Below, piece after piece: positions 27,789-37,212 of a stretch of DNA of 55,273 nt (position 1 is its first letter; the number at the start of each line of letters is the position of its first letter). The stretch spans positions 27,845 through 83,117 of the forward strand of contig DAINRM010000002.1 in assembly GCA_036741875.1 (NCBI GenBank). Direction: 5' to 3'. Under the pieces are notes generated by a model. The model was not told the origin of the DNA. It saw nothing but the letters and a program-made list of their open reading frames with translations, and ran no database searches. This DNA is from Patescibacteria group bacterium. GTDB lineage: Bacteria; Patescibacteriota; Minisyncoccia; UBA6257; HR35. The translations under genes and the position numbers were made by a program.

Positions 27789-28484
27789 ATGTCAATTGTT
27801 AACGATTTAGTTTTTCCAGAAAAACCCAAACCAATTTTGTATGAAGAAAAAAAGGCTACTTTTGAAATTAAACCGCTTTTTCCTGGCTTTGGGGTAACCT
27901 TAGGAAATGCTCTCAGAAGAGTATTGCTTTCCTCTCTCTTAGGTTCAGCAATTACGAAGGTAAGAATTGAAGGAGTAGAACATGAATTTTCTACTCTGCC
28001 GGGTGTTTATGAAGATATTTTAGATATTTTACTTAACTTGAAGAAAATAAGAATAAAAATGGATTTAGATTACCCTGTTGAACTTAAACTTGAAGTTAAA
28101 GGTAAAAGAGAAGTTAAAGCCAAAGATATCGAAAAAGTAGCTGGTGTAGAAATAGTCAATCCTGAAGTCCATATTGCTACTTTGACAAGAGAGGATGCAG
28201 AACTTAGAATGTATCTTACAGTTGAAAAAGGAAGAGGTTATGTTTTATCTGAAAATCTTTCTAAAGAAAAACCAAAAGTAGGGGAACTTTATTTGGATGC
28301 TAATTTTTCCCCAGTTGTTAACGTTAGCTATGAAGTTGAAAATGTAAGATATTTAGAAAGAACAGATTTTGATCTTTTAAGGATTACTGTAGAAACAGAT
28401 GGTACAAAATCTCCCACAGAAGCTATTAATGAAGCTATTGAAATTCTTATTAATTATTTTGAAACTTTAAAAATAAAAGAATGA
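27789..28484 (+). CDS. rpoA: DNA-directed RNA polymerase subunit alpha, N-terminal domain only
   Basis: 231 aa with alpha-NTD motifs (FGVTLGNALRRVLLSS, EGVEHEFSTLPGV). The ORF ends where the linker and CTD would begin, and rplQ overlaps its stop. Confidence 0.9.
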   Translation: MSIVNDLVFPEKPKPILYEEKKATFEIKPLFPGFGVTLGNALRRVLLSSLLGSAITKVRIEGVEHEFSTLPGVYEDILDILLNLKKIRIKMDLDYPVELKLEVKGKREVKAKDIEKVAGVEIVNPEVHIATLTREDAELRMYLTVEKGRGYVLSENLSKEKPKVGELYLDANFSPVVNVSYEVENVRYLERTDFDLLRITVETDGTKSPTEAINEAIEILINYFETLKIKE

Positions 28485-28831
28485 GAAAATTAAAAAAAGG
28501 TAAAAAATTTGGATTAAAGAGAGATAAAAGAAAAGCACTTTTTAAAATTATGGCACATCATCTTATTATGAATCAAAAAATTAAAACAACCACACAAAGA
28601 GCTAAAGTTTTAAAAAGTTTTATTGAAAGACTTGTTTCTAAAGCTAAAAAAGGAGATTTAAGCTCTTTAAGATACCTTCTTTCTAAACTTCCTAAAAAAT
28701 CAGCCTATAAACTTTTTTATGACATCGCTCCTAAATATAAAGAAAGAGAAGGCGGTTATGTGAGGGTCGTTAAACTTCCTTTTACCAGAATAAAAGATAA
28801 CGCCGAAATGTCTATTATAGAATTTGTTTAA
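28481..28831 (+). CDS. rplQ: 50S ribosomal protein L17
   Basis: 116 aa. GLKRDKRKALFK...TTTQRAKVLKSFIERLV...GGYVRVVKL. Confidence 0.92.
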   Translation: MRKLKKGKKFGLKRDKRKALFKIMAHHLIMNQKIKTTTQRAKVLKSFIERLVSKAKKGDLSSLRYLLSKLPKKSAYKLFYDIAPKYKEREGGYVRVVKLPFTRIKDNAEMSIIEFV

Positions 28832-28833
28832 AA

Positions 28834-29073
28834 ATGTTAGTTATAAGATTTCAAAAAGTAGGTAAAAAAAATCAAAAAATTTTAAGATTGGTTCTTCAAG
28901 ATAAAAGATGGAAACTTAATGGAAAAGTAATTCAAGTTTTAGGTTGGTGGAATCCCTATCTTAAAAAAGGAGAATTTAAAAAAGATTTAATTGAATTTTA
29001 TATAAAAAACGGAGCTCAGCTTAGCGAAACGGCAAAAAGTATTCTCAAGAAAGCTTATGTTTTAGAAAAATAA
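28834..29073 (+). CDS. rpsP: 30S ribosomal protein S16
   Basis: 79 aa. MLVIRFQKVGKKNQKILRLV...LGWWNP. Confidence 0.9.
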   Translation: MLVIRFQKVGKKNQKILRLVLQDKRWKLNGKVIQVLGWWNPYLKKGEFKKDLIEFYIKNGAQLSETAKSILKKAYVLEK

Positions 29074-30393
29074 ATGAAATTCGAAATTTTCAGACTAAAA
29101 AATGGTTTAAGATGCCTTCTTTTTCCTAAAGAAGATTTTGAAAGTATTACTTTTAATTTTTACGTAAAGTTAGGAACAGATTATGAGAATAAAAAAGAAT
29201 TAGGTATCTCTCATTTTCTTGAACATATGATTTTTCGCGGTTCTAAAAACTTTCCTTCGGTCGAAAGTGTAAGAGAAGAATTAGAAAAAATTGCAGCTAT
29301 TTATAATGGAGAAACATCTCGAACAAAAACTCACTATTATATTAAAACTCTTTCTAATTTTAAAGAAAGATCAATCTTTCTTCTTTCAGATTTAATTAAA
29401 AACCCTCTCTTTAAAGATGAAGATATAGAAAAAGAAAAAAGCATTATTTTAGAAGAAATAAAGATGTCAAACGACGATAGAATAAAGAGAAATTTTCTTA
29501 GTCTTATGAGAATCCTTTTCAAAAACAAAATTTGGGGAGAAGATATAGCTGGTAAAGAAGAAACTATCAAAAATATAAATAGAAAAAAGCTTTTTAAATA
29601 TCATCAAAAATTTTATAATGCAAAAAATTCTCTTTTTATTGCTGTTGGTAAAATAGAAAACTTAAATAGAATAAAAAAATTAATTGAAGAAAACTTTAAA
29701 GATCTACCTCAAGGTAAAGAAATTTTTCATCCTTTTATAAGTGTTAATCCTCCTCAAAAGATACATTTTGAAATAGATAAAGAAATAAATCAAGTTTATT
29801 TTTCAATGGGAACATTTATACCCGTTTACGGTTTTAAAGATATAGTTAAAAATAAATTTTTTATAGATTTTATTACAGCAAATAGAATTTTAGGAGCCGG
29901 GAGTAAAAACAGGCTCTTCTCTAAAATAAGAGATGAACTCGGTTTAGTTTATTATATTGAATCTTCGCTTCTCTTTAATTACAATCGACTTATTTTTTTT
30001 ATTGCTGCAGGAATTAAAAAAGAAAAATTCTTAGAATGTATTCAAGCTATTTTTGAAGAAATCGAAAAAATTAAAAAAAATGGTTTTAGTAAAGAAGAAA
30101 TTGAAATAGCTTATAATTCTGAAATTAGCGAGATGCTAATGTATTTTGAAAATCCAATGAGACTAAGTAGTTTTTATGCTGATTTTTATCTCTACTTTCT
30201 TAAAGATTTTAAAAAAATTGATCTCAAGAATTTTTTAATCAAATTAATTCCGCCCAAGCCAAATTTTGAAGAAATAAATAAAAAAATTAAGTTTTTATTA
30301 AATAAAAATTTTTGTTTTTCTTTAACTTTAGAAAACGAAAAAAATAAAAAAGATTTTCATAAACTTTTAAAAAATTTTAATTATTTTAAGTGA
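29074..30393 (+). CDS. M16 (pitrilysin) family zinc peptidase
   Basis: 439 aa with the inverted zinc motif HFLEHMIFRGS. Confidence 0.85.
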   Translation: MKFEIFRLKNGLRCLLFPKEDFESITFNFYVKLGTDYENKKELGISHFLEHMIFRGSKNFPSVESVREELEKIAAIYNGETSRTKTHYYIKTLSNFKERSIFLLSDLIKNPLFKDEDIEKEKSIILEEIKMSNDDRIKRNFLSLMRILFKNKIWGEDIAGKEETIKNINRKKLFKYHQKFYNAKNSLFIAVGKIENLNRIKKLIEENFKDLPQGKEIFHPFISVNPPQKIHFEIDKEINQVYFSMGTFIPVYGFKDIVKNKFFIDFITANRILGAGSKNRLFSKIRDELGLVYYIESSLLFNYNRLIFFIAAGIKKEKFLECIQAIFEEIEKIKKNGFSKEEIEIAYNSEISEMLMYFENPMRLSSFYADFYLYFLKDFKKIDLKNFLIKLIPPKPNFEEINKKIKFLLNKNFCFSLTLENEKNKKDFHKLLKNFNYFK

Positions 30394-30407
30394 TAAAATA
30401 ATATTTA

Positions 30408-31379
30408 ATGGAAGTTCTTAAAAAAATAAGTTTTTGGCTTTTTCCTATTTTAATTATTGTTTTTTGGATTACCAAAGAAACAATTTTTGCTCTTTTTTTG
30501 GGAATAGTTTTAGGTTTTACTTTGCAAAACTTAGCTCGTTTTTTAAGTATTAAAACTAACCTTCCTTATTATCTTTTTGTCTTTTTACTTTACCTTTTTA
30601 TTTTTCTTTTCATAAGTTTTCTTTTTTATTCACTTTTCAAAGTAGTGACCAGCGAATTTCCTTCTTTTGTTTCTCATCTTAATGAAATTTTAAAAAGATA
30701 CAATCTTAAAATTGAAAAAGAAGAAACCTTTAAAAAATTAGACATCTTCAATATTTTTCAATCTTATTTTCCTAACATTTTTTATTTTCTTTATTCTTTT
30801 TTTGGTAATTTTATTTCAATTATTTTAATTTTTGTAATTTCTCTTTATGTAGCCCTTAGTCCTAACTTAGAAAGAGAAATTTTTTCTTATATTAGAAACG
30901 AAGAAAAAAGAGAAGAAATTTTTAATCTTTGGTTTAGAATAAAAAGAAAACTTGCTTTTTGGATTTTAGGACAAATTATACTTATGTTTTCTATAGGACT
31001 TTCCGTTTATTTTGTTTATGCAATTGTTTTCAATTTACCTTATAAGTTTTTAGTTAGCTTAACAGCCGGGGTTTTAGAAGCTGTACCAATCTTAGGACCA
31101 ATAGTTTCTACGTTAATAGCTGTTTTTATAGCCGTCATTGAAAAACCGGAATCTATTTTTCTTTTAATTTTATCTTTTTTTATAATTCAACAATTAGAAA
31201 ATCACATCTTAGTACCCTTAGTAATGAAGGGAACAGTTAAATTAAATCCTATATTAGTTATTATTAGCATTTTAATTTTTGGCAAACTTTTTGGTTTTTG
31301 GGGCGTTATTTCTGTTTTACCTATATTAGTTATAATTAGTGAAATTTTTAATTATTACTTCAAAGAAAAAATGAAATAA
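30408..31379 (+). CDS. AI-2E family transporter (PerM-like permease)
   Basis: 323 aa, polytopic, with a family-typical C-terminal region (EAVPILGPIVS...IIQQLENHILVPLVMK). Confidence 0.8.
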   Translation: MEVLKKISFWLFPILIIVFWITKETIFALFLGIVLGFTLQNLARFLSIKTNLPYYLFVFLLYLFIFLFISFLFYSLFKVVTSEFPSFVSHLNEILKRYNLKIEKEETFKKLDIFNIFQSYFPNIFYFLYSFFGNFISIILIFVISLYVALSPNLEREIFSYIRNEEKREEIFNLWFRIKRKLAFWILGQIILMFSIGLSVYFVYAIVFNLPYKFLVSLTAGVLEAVPILGPIVSTLIAVFIAVIEKPESIFLLILSFFIIQQLENHILVPLVMKGTVKLNPILVIISILIFGKLFGFWGVISVLPILVIISEIFNYYFKEKMK

Positions 31380-31397
31380 AATAAAATTAAATTTGTA

Positions 31398-31468
31398 TGC
31401 GGGGTGGTGTAAAGGTAGCACGCAGGGCTCTGGACCCTGAGGTTCTGGTTCGAATCCAGACCCCGCAG
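31398..31468 (+). tRNA. tRNA-Gln (anticodon CUG)
   Basis: Manual cloverleaf: acceptor TGCGGGG/CCCCGCA (U1:A72), anticodon arm CAGGG-CTCTGGA-CCCTG, T-arm TCTGG-TTCGAAT-CCAGA, discriminator G. Confidence 0.88.
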
Positions 31469-31494
31469 CTTAAGTTTAGTTTTATTTTTTGTTA

Positions 31495-31500
31495 TATAAT
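31495..31500 (+). promoter_or_regulatory. -10 box (TATAAT) 5 nt upstream of the rpsR ATG
   Basis: TATAAT at 31495-31500, ATG at 31506, no SD. Confidence 0.3.
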
Positions 31501-31505
31501 ATTAA

Positions 31506-31736
31506 ATGATGATTAATGAAATTATAAAACATAAAGAAAAAAAGACTTGTTATTTTTGTTCCCAGGCTGCTAAAGAAATTGATTATAAAGATGTTGAAAT
31601 TTTAAAAAGATTCCTTTCTGCTTCTTACAAAATTAAAAAAAGAAAACATACAGGTTTATGTTCTTTTCACCAAAGAAAATTTGCTAAAGCAGTTAAAAGA
31701 GCTAGACAAATGGCACTTCTTCCGTTTTTACCCTAA
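31506..31736 (+). CDS. rpsR: 30S ribosomal protein S18
   Basis: 76 aa. IDYKDVEILKRFLS...KIKKRKHTGLCSFHQRKFAKAVKRARQMALLP. Confidence 0.92.
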   Translation: MMINEIIKHKEKKTCYFCSQAAKEIDYKDVEILKRFLSASYKIKKRKHTGLCSFHQRKFAKAVKRARQMALLPFLP

Positions 31737-32398
31737 GAGTTTTTTAAAAAACTTTTTCTATGGTAATCGGAAAGACCATTCCTTTTAATTGCTTCAAGAT
31801 GTTCTTTGGTTCCATAACCTTTATTTATTTCCCATTTATAAAAATTGATTTTTTTCGCTAATTTTTTCATAAATCTATCTCTATACACTTTGGCTACAAT
31901 TGAAGCACCCCCTAAAGAATTTAATTTTTTATCACCTTTTACTACAAAAATTGCCTCCTTTATATTTTTATTTTCCTTACCGTCTAAAACCAAAATTTCG
32001 GGGACAAAAAATTTTCTTATTTTTTCGATACCTAAAATATAAGCTCTTCCTATACCTAATTTGTCTATTTTTTTGTTGGAAATAAAAACCTTTTTATAAG
32101 GAATCCCCATTTTCTTAATTATTTTTAAAAAAAACTCTCTTTTTTTCTCAGAAATTTCTTTAGAGTCAAGAAAAAATATTTTATTTTTTTCTAAAATTTT
32201 TAAAATGGTTTTGTCAATAAAAAGAGCTCCCAACGAAAGTGGTCCCGCTAAAGCACCTCTTCCAGCCTCATCGATACTTACAAGATTTTTATATTCTTTC
32301 AAAATATTTTTTTCAAAATGCCAACCTTTTTTATTTTTAATTCCTTTTGATAAAATTTTTATGAAATGAAATTCGTCCATCTTCATGTACATTCTCAT
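31733..32398 (-). CDS. rnhB: ribonuclease HII
   Basis: Catalytic motif SIDEAGRGALAGPL. The start is uncertain because several Met codons lie at 32380-32398 and overlap the dnaE start. Confidence 0.85.
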   Translation of the reverse strand: MRMYMKMDEFHFIKILSKGIKNKKGWHFEKNILKEYKNLVSIDEAGRGALAGPLSLGALFIDKTILKILEKNKIFFLDSKEISEKKREFFLKIIKKMGIPYKKVFISNKKIDKLGIGRAYILGIEKIRKFFVPEILVLDGKENKNIKEAIFVVKGDKKLNSLGGASIVAKVYRDRFMKKLAKKINFYKWEINKGYGTKEHLEAIKRNGLSDYHRKSFLKNS

Positions 32399-35300
32399 TA
32401 TAGCTTACTTGACGGTTTAGGCAAAATTGACGATTTGCTTCAAAGATCTAAAGAACTTGGATATTCCGCTTTAGCTCTGACTGATCATGGAAATCTTTAC
32501 GGTGCTATTGAATTTTATAAAAAAGCTAAAAGTTTAGGTATTAAACCAATTATAGGAGCTGAACTTTACGTAGCTAAAAGAACGAGATTTGATAAAACAG
32601 CAAAAATTGACTCTAAAAGTTATCATCTTACAGTTTTAGCAGAAAATGAAAAAGGATATAAAAACTTAATTAAACTAGTAAGTAAAGCTTATCTTGAAGG
32701 TTTTTATTATAAACCAAGAGTTGATAAAGATCTTTTAAGAGAATATAACGAAGGTTTAATTGTTCTCTCTGGATGTCCCAATGGCGAAATTCCTCGTCTT
32801 ATTTTAGAAGGAAATTATGATTTAGCTAAAAAGAAGGTTTTTGAGTATGTAGAAATTTTTGGTAAAGATAATTTTTTTATTGAAATTAACTATCACCCTA
32901 ATTTAGAAGATGCGAAAAAAATTAAAAAGGCTTTAATAGATCTTGCCAAAGAAACAAATCTTAAAATGGTAGCCACCTATGATGTTCATTACGTCTATCC
33001 TGAAGATAGAGAGGTTCATGATATATTTTTAGCTATTCAACAAGGAAAAGATATTGAAGAAGAAGATAGGCTTTCTATGAAAGAAGATGATTTTTCTTTG
33101 GCTGACGAAAAAAGAATTTATGAACTTTATGGAGATGTAGAATCTGCAATTTTAAATACCTTGGAAATAGCAGAAAGAATAAATTTAGAAATAGAATTAG
33201 GAAAACATAGATACCCTGTTTTTCCTTTACCGGCAGGCATGACAGAAGATGAATATTTAAAAAAATTAGCTTATGATGGTCTTAAAAAAAGAGGTTTGGA
33301 AAATAATCCAAAAGCTATAGAAAGAATGAATTATGAGTTAGAGGTAATTAAAAAAACAGGTTTTTCTGGATATTTTTTGATAGTTCAAGATGTTGTTAAT
33401 TTTGCTAAAAAAGAAGGAATTTTAGTTGGTCCAGGAAGAGGTTCAGCAGCTGGAAGTTTAGTCTCTTATCTTTTAGGTATTACCGAAATCAATCCTCTAA
33501 AGTATGACTTACTTTTTGAAAGATTTTTAAATCCTGAAAGAATAGAAGCTCCAGATATTGATGTTGATGTGAGTGACATCAAAAGGGATTTAATTTTTGA
33601 ATATTTGAAAAAAAGATATGGTGAAAATAGTTTTGCCCAGATAATTACTTTTGGAAAAATGGCTTCAAGAGCAGCCATCAGAGATATTGGAAGAGCTTTA
33701 GGTTTTTCATTTTCCTTTATTGATAAATTAGCACGTCTTATTCCTCAAAATATGAATTTAAGCGAGGCAGAAAATTTAAGTGATGTTCAAAAAATTCTTA
33801 AAGAGGAACCTAAATATAGAACAATTTTAGAGTATGCTAAAAGAGTGGAAAAAGTAGTTAGACATGTTTCTGTCCATGCTTCTGGTGTTGTTATTACGCC
33901 AGGAGATATTTTAGAAATTTTACCTCTTCAATTTGCTCCTCAAGAAACCTCAAGAATAATTACCCAATACGATATGAATGCTGTTTCCGATTTAGGAATT
34001 TTAAAAATGGACTTTCTTGGTTTAAGAACGCTTTCTATTATTGAAGATACACTCAAAATAATAAAAGAAAGACACGGCCGAGAAATAGATTTTAAAAAAT
34101 TAAATGAAGACAATTTTGAAGATGAGGTTAAAGAAATTTATAGTCAAGGAAAGACAGTTGGCGTTTTTCAAGTAGAAGGTAAAGGAATGACAGAAGCTTT
34201 AAAACAAATAAAACCAAAAAATTTAGAAGAACTTTCTGCAGTTTTAGCTCTCTATAGACCAGGACCAGTAAAACTTATCCCTGATTACGTGAAAAGAAAA
34301 TATGGAAAAGAAGAAGTCGAATATCTTCATCCTTTATTAGAACCGATTCTTTCTGTAACTTATGGTATTTTAGTTTATCAAGAACAACTTATGAGAATTG
34401 CTACAGATTTAGCTGGTTTTACTTTAGGCGAAGCTGATGTTTTAAGAAAAGCTGTTGGTAAAAAGAAAGTTGATTTACTTCAATCACTTAAGACAAAGCT
34501 TATCGAAGGAATGATAAAAAACGGAATTTCAGAAAATTTGGCTCAAAAAATTTGGGATTGGATAGAACCTTTCGGACAATATGGTTTTAATAAAAGTCAT
34601 TCAATTTCTTATGCTTATCTTTCTTATCTTACCGCTTATCTTAAGGCTTACTATCCCTTAGAATTTATCAATGCTTGTCTTATTCATGAAGGTCATGACG
34701 TAGAAAGAATATATGTTTATTTAGAAGAAGTTAAAAAATACGGTTTTAAGATTTTAGCTCCTGATATTAACGAAAGCGATTTTTATTTCAAAATTGTAAA
34801 CGACAACACAATTCGCTTTGGTCTTGGAAGTATTAAAAATGTAGGAAAACCCTTGGTCGAAGCTATCTTAGAAGAAAGAAGAGCAAATGGTCCATTTAAA
34901 TCTCTTTCTGATTTTTTTTCAAGAATAAAACACAAAGATTTAAATAAAAAATCTATTGAAAGCTTAATTAAAGCAGGTGTTTTTGATAGATTTGGAAAAA
35001 GAGAAGTTTTTATAAGCAATTTAGACAAAATTTTGGATTATGCAAGTAAACTTAAAAATTTTACTCTGAACAAAAGTTTATTTGGCAATAAAAATTACGA
35101 TTTAATTTTTCCTACCTCTATTTCTCTTTCAAAAATGGAGATTTATAAATATGAAAAGGAACTTTTAGGCATTTATCTTTCAGGACATCCTTTTGAAGAT
35201 TTTGAAAAAGTTTTAAGAGGAAAAGTAAAGAAAATAAGTGACATTTTAAATTACGGAGAAAATATTAAAATAAGCTTAGCTGGTGTTCTAAATGCTGTTG

Positions 35301-35545
35301 AAAGAAAGATAAATAAGGATAAAAAACCCTTTGCTTATCTTGAACTTGAAGATCTTTCAGGTAGGGTAGAAGTTTTTCTTCCACCAGAAGTTTATGAAAA
35401 TTATTTTGAAATTTTAAAAGAGGGCAATGTTTATTTTGTTGTTGGGGAAACAAGAAAAAAAGAAAAAATTTATATTATAGCTGATCTTATTCAAAACATA
35501 ACTGATCTTAAAAAAATTAAAAACCTCAAACCAACTTTCATATGA
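32366..35545 (+). CDS. dnaE: DNA polymerase III subunit alpha
   Basis: 1059 aa with a PHP domain (FVHLHVHSHYSLLDG), polymerase core (GRGSAAGSLVSY, PDIDVDV) and a C-terminal OB fold. Confidence 0.96.
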   Translation: MKFVHLHVHSHYSLLDGLGKIDDLLQRSKELGYSALALTDHGNLYGAIEFYKKAKSLGIKPIIGAELYVAKRTRFDKTAKIDSKSYHLTVLAENEKGYKNLIKLVSKAYLEGFYYKPRVDKDLLREYNEGLIVLSGCPNGEIPRLILEGNYDLAKKKVFEYVEIFGKDNFFIEINYHPNLEDAKKIKKALIDLAKETNLKMVATYDVHYVYPEDREVHDIFLAIQQGKDIEEEDRLSMKEDDFSLADEKRIYELYGDVESAILNTLEIAERINLEIELGKHRYPVFPLPAGMTEDEYLKKLAYDGLKKRGLENNPKAIERMNYELEVIKKTGFSGYFLIVQDVVNFAKKEGILVGPGRGSAAGSLVSYLLGITEINPLKYDLLFERFLNPERIEAPDIDVDVSDIKRDLIFEYLKKRYGENSFAQIITFGKMASRAAIRDIGRALGFSFSFIDKLARLIPQNMNLSEAENLSDVQKILKEEPKYRTILEYAKRVEKVVRHVSVHASGVVITPGDILEILPLQFAPQETSRIITQYDMNAVSDLGILKMDFLGLRTLSIIEDTLKIIKERHGREIDFKKLNEDNFEDEVKEIYSQGKTVGVFQVEGKGMTEALKQIKPKNLEELSAVLALYRPGPVKLIPDYVKRKYGKEEVEYLHPLLEPILSVTYGILVYQEQLMRIATDLAGFTLGEADVLRKAVGKKKVDLLQSLKTKLIEGMIKNGISENLAQKIWDWIEPFGQYGFNKSHSISYAYLSYLTAYLKAYYPLEFINACLIHEGHDVERIYVYLEEVKKYGFKILAPDINESDFYFKIVNDNTIRFGLGSIKNVGKPLVEAILEERRANGPFKSLSDFFSRIKHKDLNKKSIESLIKAGVFDRFGKREVFISNLDKILDYASKLKNFTLNKSLFGNKNYDLIFPTSISLSKMEIYKYEKELLGIYLSGHPFEDFEKVLRGKVKKISDILNYGENIKISLAGVLNAVERKINKDKKPFAYLELEDLSGRVEVFLPPEVYENYFEILKEGNVYFVVGETRKKEKIYIIADLIQNITDLKKIKNLKPTFI

Positions 35546-36111
35546 AAATAAGACTTTTTATTGGTCTTCCGCTTACTTACGGTTTTAAAAAAAAGATTGC
35601 TTTTTTGGAAAATGATTTAGAAAAAGAGATAGGCTTTAAAATTAACTGGATCAAATTGAAAAATTTACATTTGACTTTAATTTTTTTAGGTTATGTGAGC
35701 TTTGAGGATTTTTTAAAAATAGAAGAAATTTTTAAAACCTTTCCCTGGGGTAAAAGAAATCTCATGAAAGAATTTAGTTTAAAAATAAAAAAATTAGATT
35801 TTGGACCTCCAGGAAAAAACTCAATGATCTGGCTTTATTTTGAAAAAGAAAAAAGACTTGAAGATCTTAAAAAAGAATTCGAAGAAAAACTCGAAGAGTT
35901 TAAGGTTGCTTATAAGAGAGAAGAAAGAGATTTTTTACCCCATATCAACCTTTGCCGTTTAAAGGGAAGAAGAATAAATAAAAAAATAAAAAAAGATCTC
36001 AACTGGAGCGTTGTTTTTAATGAAATTGTTCTTTATGAATCTATTTTAAAAAAAGAAGGTGCTGAATATGAAGAAAAAATTAAAATAAAACTTATTTCTG
36101 AAGCGCTGTGA
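35542..36111 (+). CDS. thpR: 2H-phosphoesterase family protein (RNA 2',3'-cyclic phosphodiesterase / LigT-like)
   Basis: 189 aa with two H-x-(T/S)-x-like motifs, HLTL and a variant HINL. ATGA overlap with dnaE. Confidence 0.65.
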   Translation: MKIRLFIGLPLTYGFKKKIAFLENDLEKEIGFKINWIKLKNLHLTLIFLGYVSFEDFLKIEEIFKTFPWGKRNLMKEFSLKIKKLDFGPPGKNSMIWLYFEKEKRLEDLKKEFEEKLEEFKVAYKREERDFLPHINLCRLKGRRINKKIKKDLNWSVVFNEIVLYESILKKEGAEYEEKIKIKLISEAL

Positions 36112-36127
36112 TATAATTTAATTAAAA

Positions 36128-36212
36128 GCCCGGGTGGCGGAAATGGTAGACGCGGCAGACTCAAAATCTGCTGGCCGTTAAGGCCTTGTGGGTTCGAGTC
36201 CCACCCCGGGCA
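36128..36212 (+). tRNA. tRNA-Leu (anticodon CAA)
   Basis: Class II tRNA: acceptor GCCCGGG/CCCGGGC, anticodon arm GCAGA-CTCAAAA-TCTGC, long variable arm (GGCC...GGCC), T-arm GTGGG-TTCGAGT-CCCAC. Confidence 0.9.
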
Positions 36213-36233
36213 CTATTTTTTAAAACCAGTTTT

Positions 36234-36242
36234 TGTTATAAT
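36234..36242 (+). promoter_or_regulatory. extended -10 (TGtTATAAT) upstream of rpsL
   Basis: TG at 36234-36235, TATAAT at 36237-36242, rpsL ATG at 36275. Confidence 0.35.
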
Positions 36243-36274
36243 TAACTAAGCGTTTTTTAATTTTTTTCCAAAAA

Positions 36275-36688
36275 ATGCCAACCATTAATCAGCTTTTAAG
36301 AAAAGGAAGAGAGAAAAGAAGATATAAAGTAAAGGCAGCTGCTCTGCTTTACTCTTATAATTCGCTCAAAAGAAAACTTTATTATTCACCTTCTCCTTTT
36401 AAAAAAGGGGTTTGTATTAGAGTTTATACTATGACACCTAAAAAACCTAATTCAGCTTTAAGAAAAGTAGCTAAGGTAAGACTTTCGAATGGCATTGAAG
36501 TCACTGCTTATATTCCTGGTATTGGCCATAATCTTCAAGAGCACTCAATTGTTTTAGTAAGAGGAGGAAGGGTTAAAGACCTTCCAGGTGTTAGATATCA
36601 TATTGTAAGAGGTGTTTATGATGCTGCTGGAGTCGAAGGAAGAAGACAAGGTCGTTCTCTTTACGGAACTAAAAAACCTAAAGAATAA
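36275..36688 (+). CDS. rpsL: 30S ribosomal protein S12
   Basis: 137 aa. [11 protein letters not shown]...[20 protein letters not shown]...[18 protein letters not shown]. Confidence 0.96.
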   Translation: MPTINQLLRKGREKRRYKVKAAALLYSYNSLKRKLYYSPSPFKKGVCIRVYTMTPKKPNSALRKVAKVRLSNGIEVTAYIPGIGHNLQEHSIVLVRGGRVKDLPGVRYHIVRGVYDAAGVEGRRQGRSLYGTKKPKE

Positions 36689-37185
36689 TGCCCAGAAGAA
36701 GAATAAAAATCGAAAGACATTGGCAACCCGATCCTGTTTATAATAGCATTTTAGTTTCAAGATTTATAAATAATCTTATGAGAGACGGTAAAAAAATCAA
36801 AGCACAAAAAATTTTTTATAAAGCTATGGAAATTATTGAACAAAAAACAAATCAAGATCCATTAAAAGTTTTTCAGCAAGCTCTTAAAAATGTAGCTCCT
36901 CTTTTAGAAGTTTGGCCAAGAAGAGTTGGTGGTGCTACCTTTTTAGTGCCGAGACCTGTAAGATCAGAAAGAAGAATTTCTAAATCCATTAAATGGATAA
37001 TTGAAGCAGCTAGAAACAAAAAAGGAAAGCCTATGTTCGAAAAATTAGCTGAAGAAATTATTTTAGCAGCTAATGAGGAAGGAGAAGCCTATAAGAAAAA
37101 AATAGAAATACATAAATTAGCTGAAGCTAACAAAGCTTTTGCCCATTTTGGTTGGTGGAACCGAAAAAAACCTCCGCAAGAATAA
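36688..37185 (+). CDS. rpsG: 30S ribosomal protein S7
   Basis: 165 aa. DPVYNS..VSRFINNLMRDGKK ... RRVGGATFLVP. Confidence 0.94.
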   Translation: MPRRRIKIERHWQPDPVYNSILVSRFINNLMRDGKKIKAQKIFYKAMEIIEQKTNQDPLKVFQQALKNVAPLLEVWPRRVGGATFLVPRPVRSERRISKSIKWIIEAARNKKGKPMFEKLAEEIILAANEEGEAYKKKIEIHKLAEANKAFAHFGWWNRKKPPQE

Positions 37186-37212
37186 GGTCAGAATTATATG
37201 TTTTATCTTTAG

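Noticed and set aside
32366-32398. Divergent overlap of the rnhB and dnaE 5' ends as a possible regulatory arrangement.
   Set aside because: The rnhB N-terminus has several alternative Met codons (MRMYMKMDEF) and a non-conserved extension, so the overlap is most likely start-codon over-extension in the ORF track.
36332-36395. Apparent 13-aa insertion in S12 ([13 protein letters not shown]) relative to E. coli.
   Set aside because: The same extra segment is normal in Gram-positive-type S12. B. subtilis RpsL is about 138 aa, with ALNKGYNSFKKEH... at this position. It is not a novelty.
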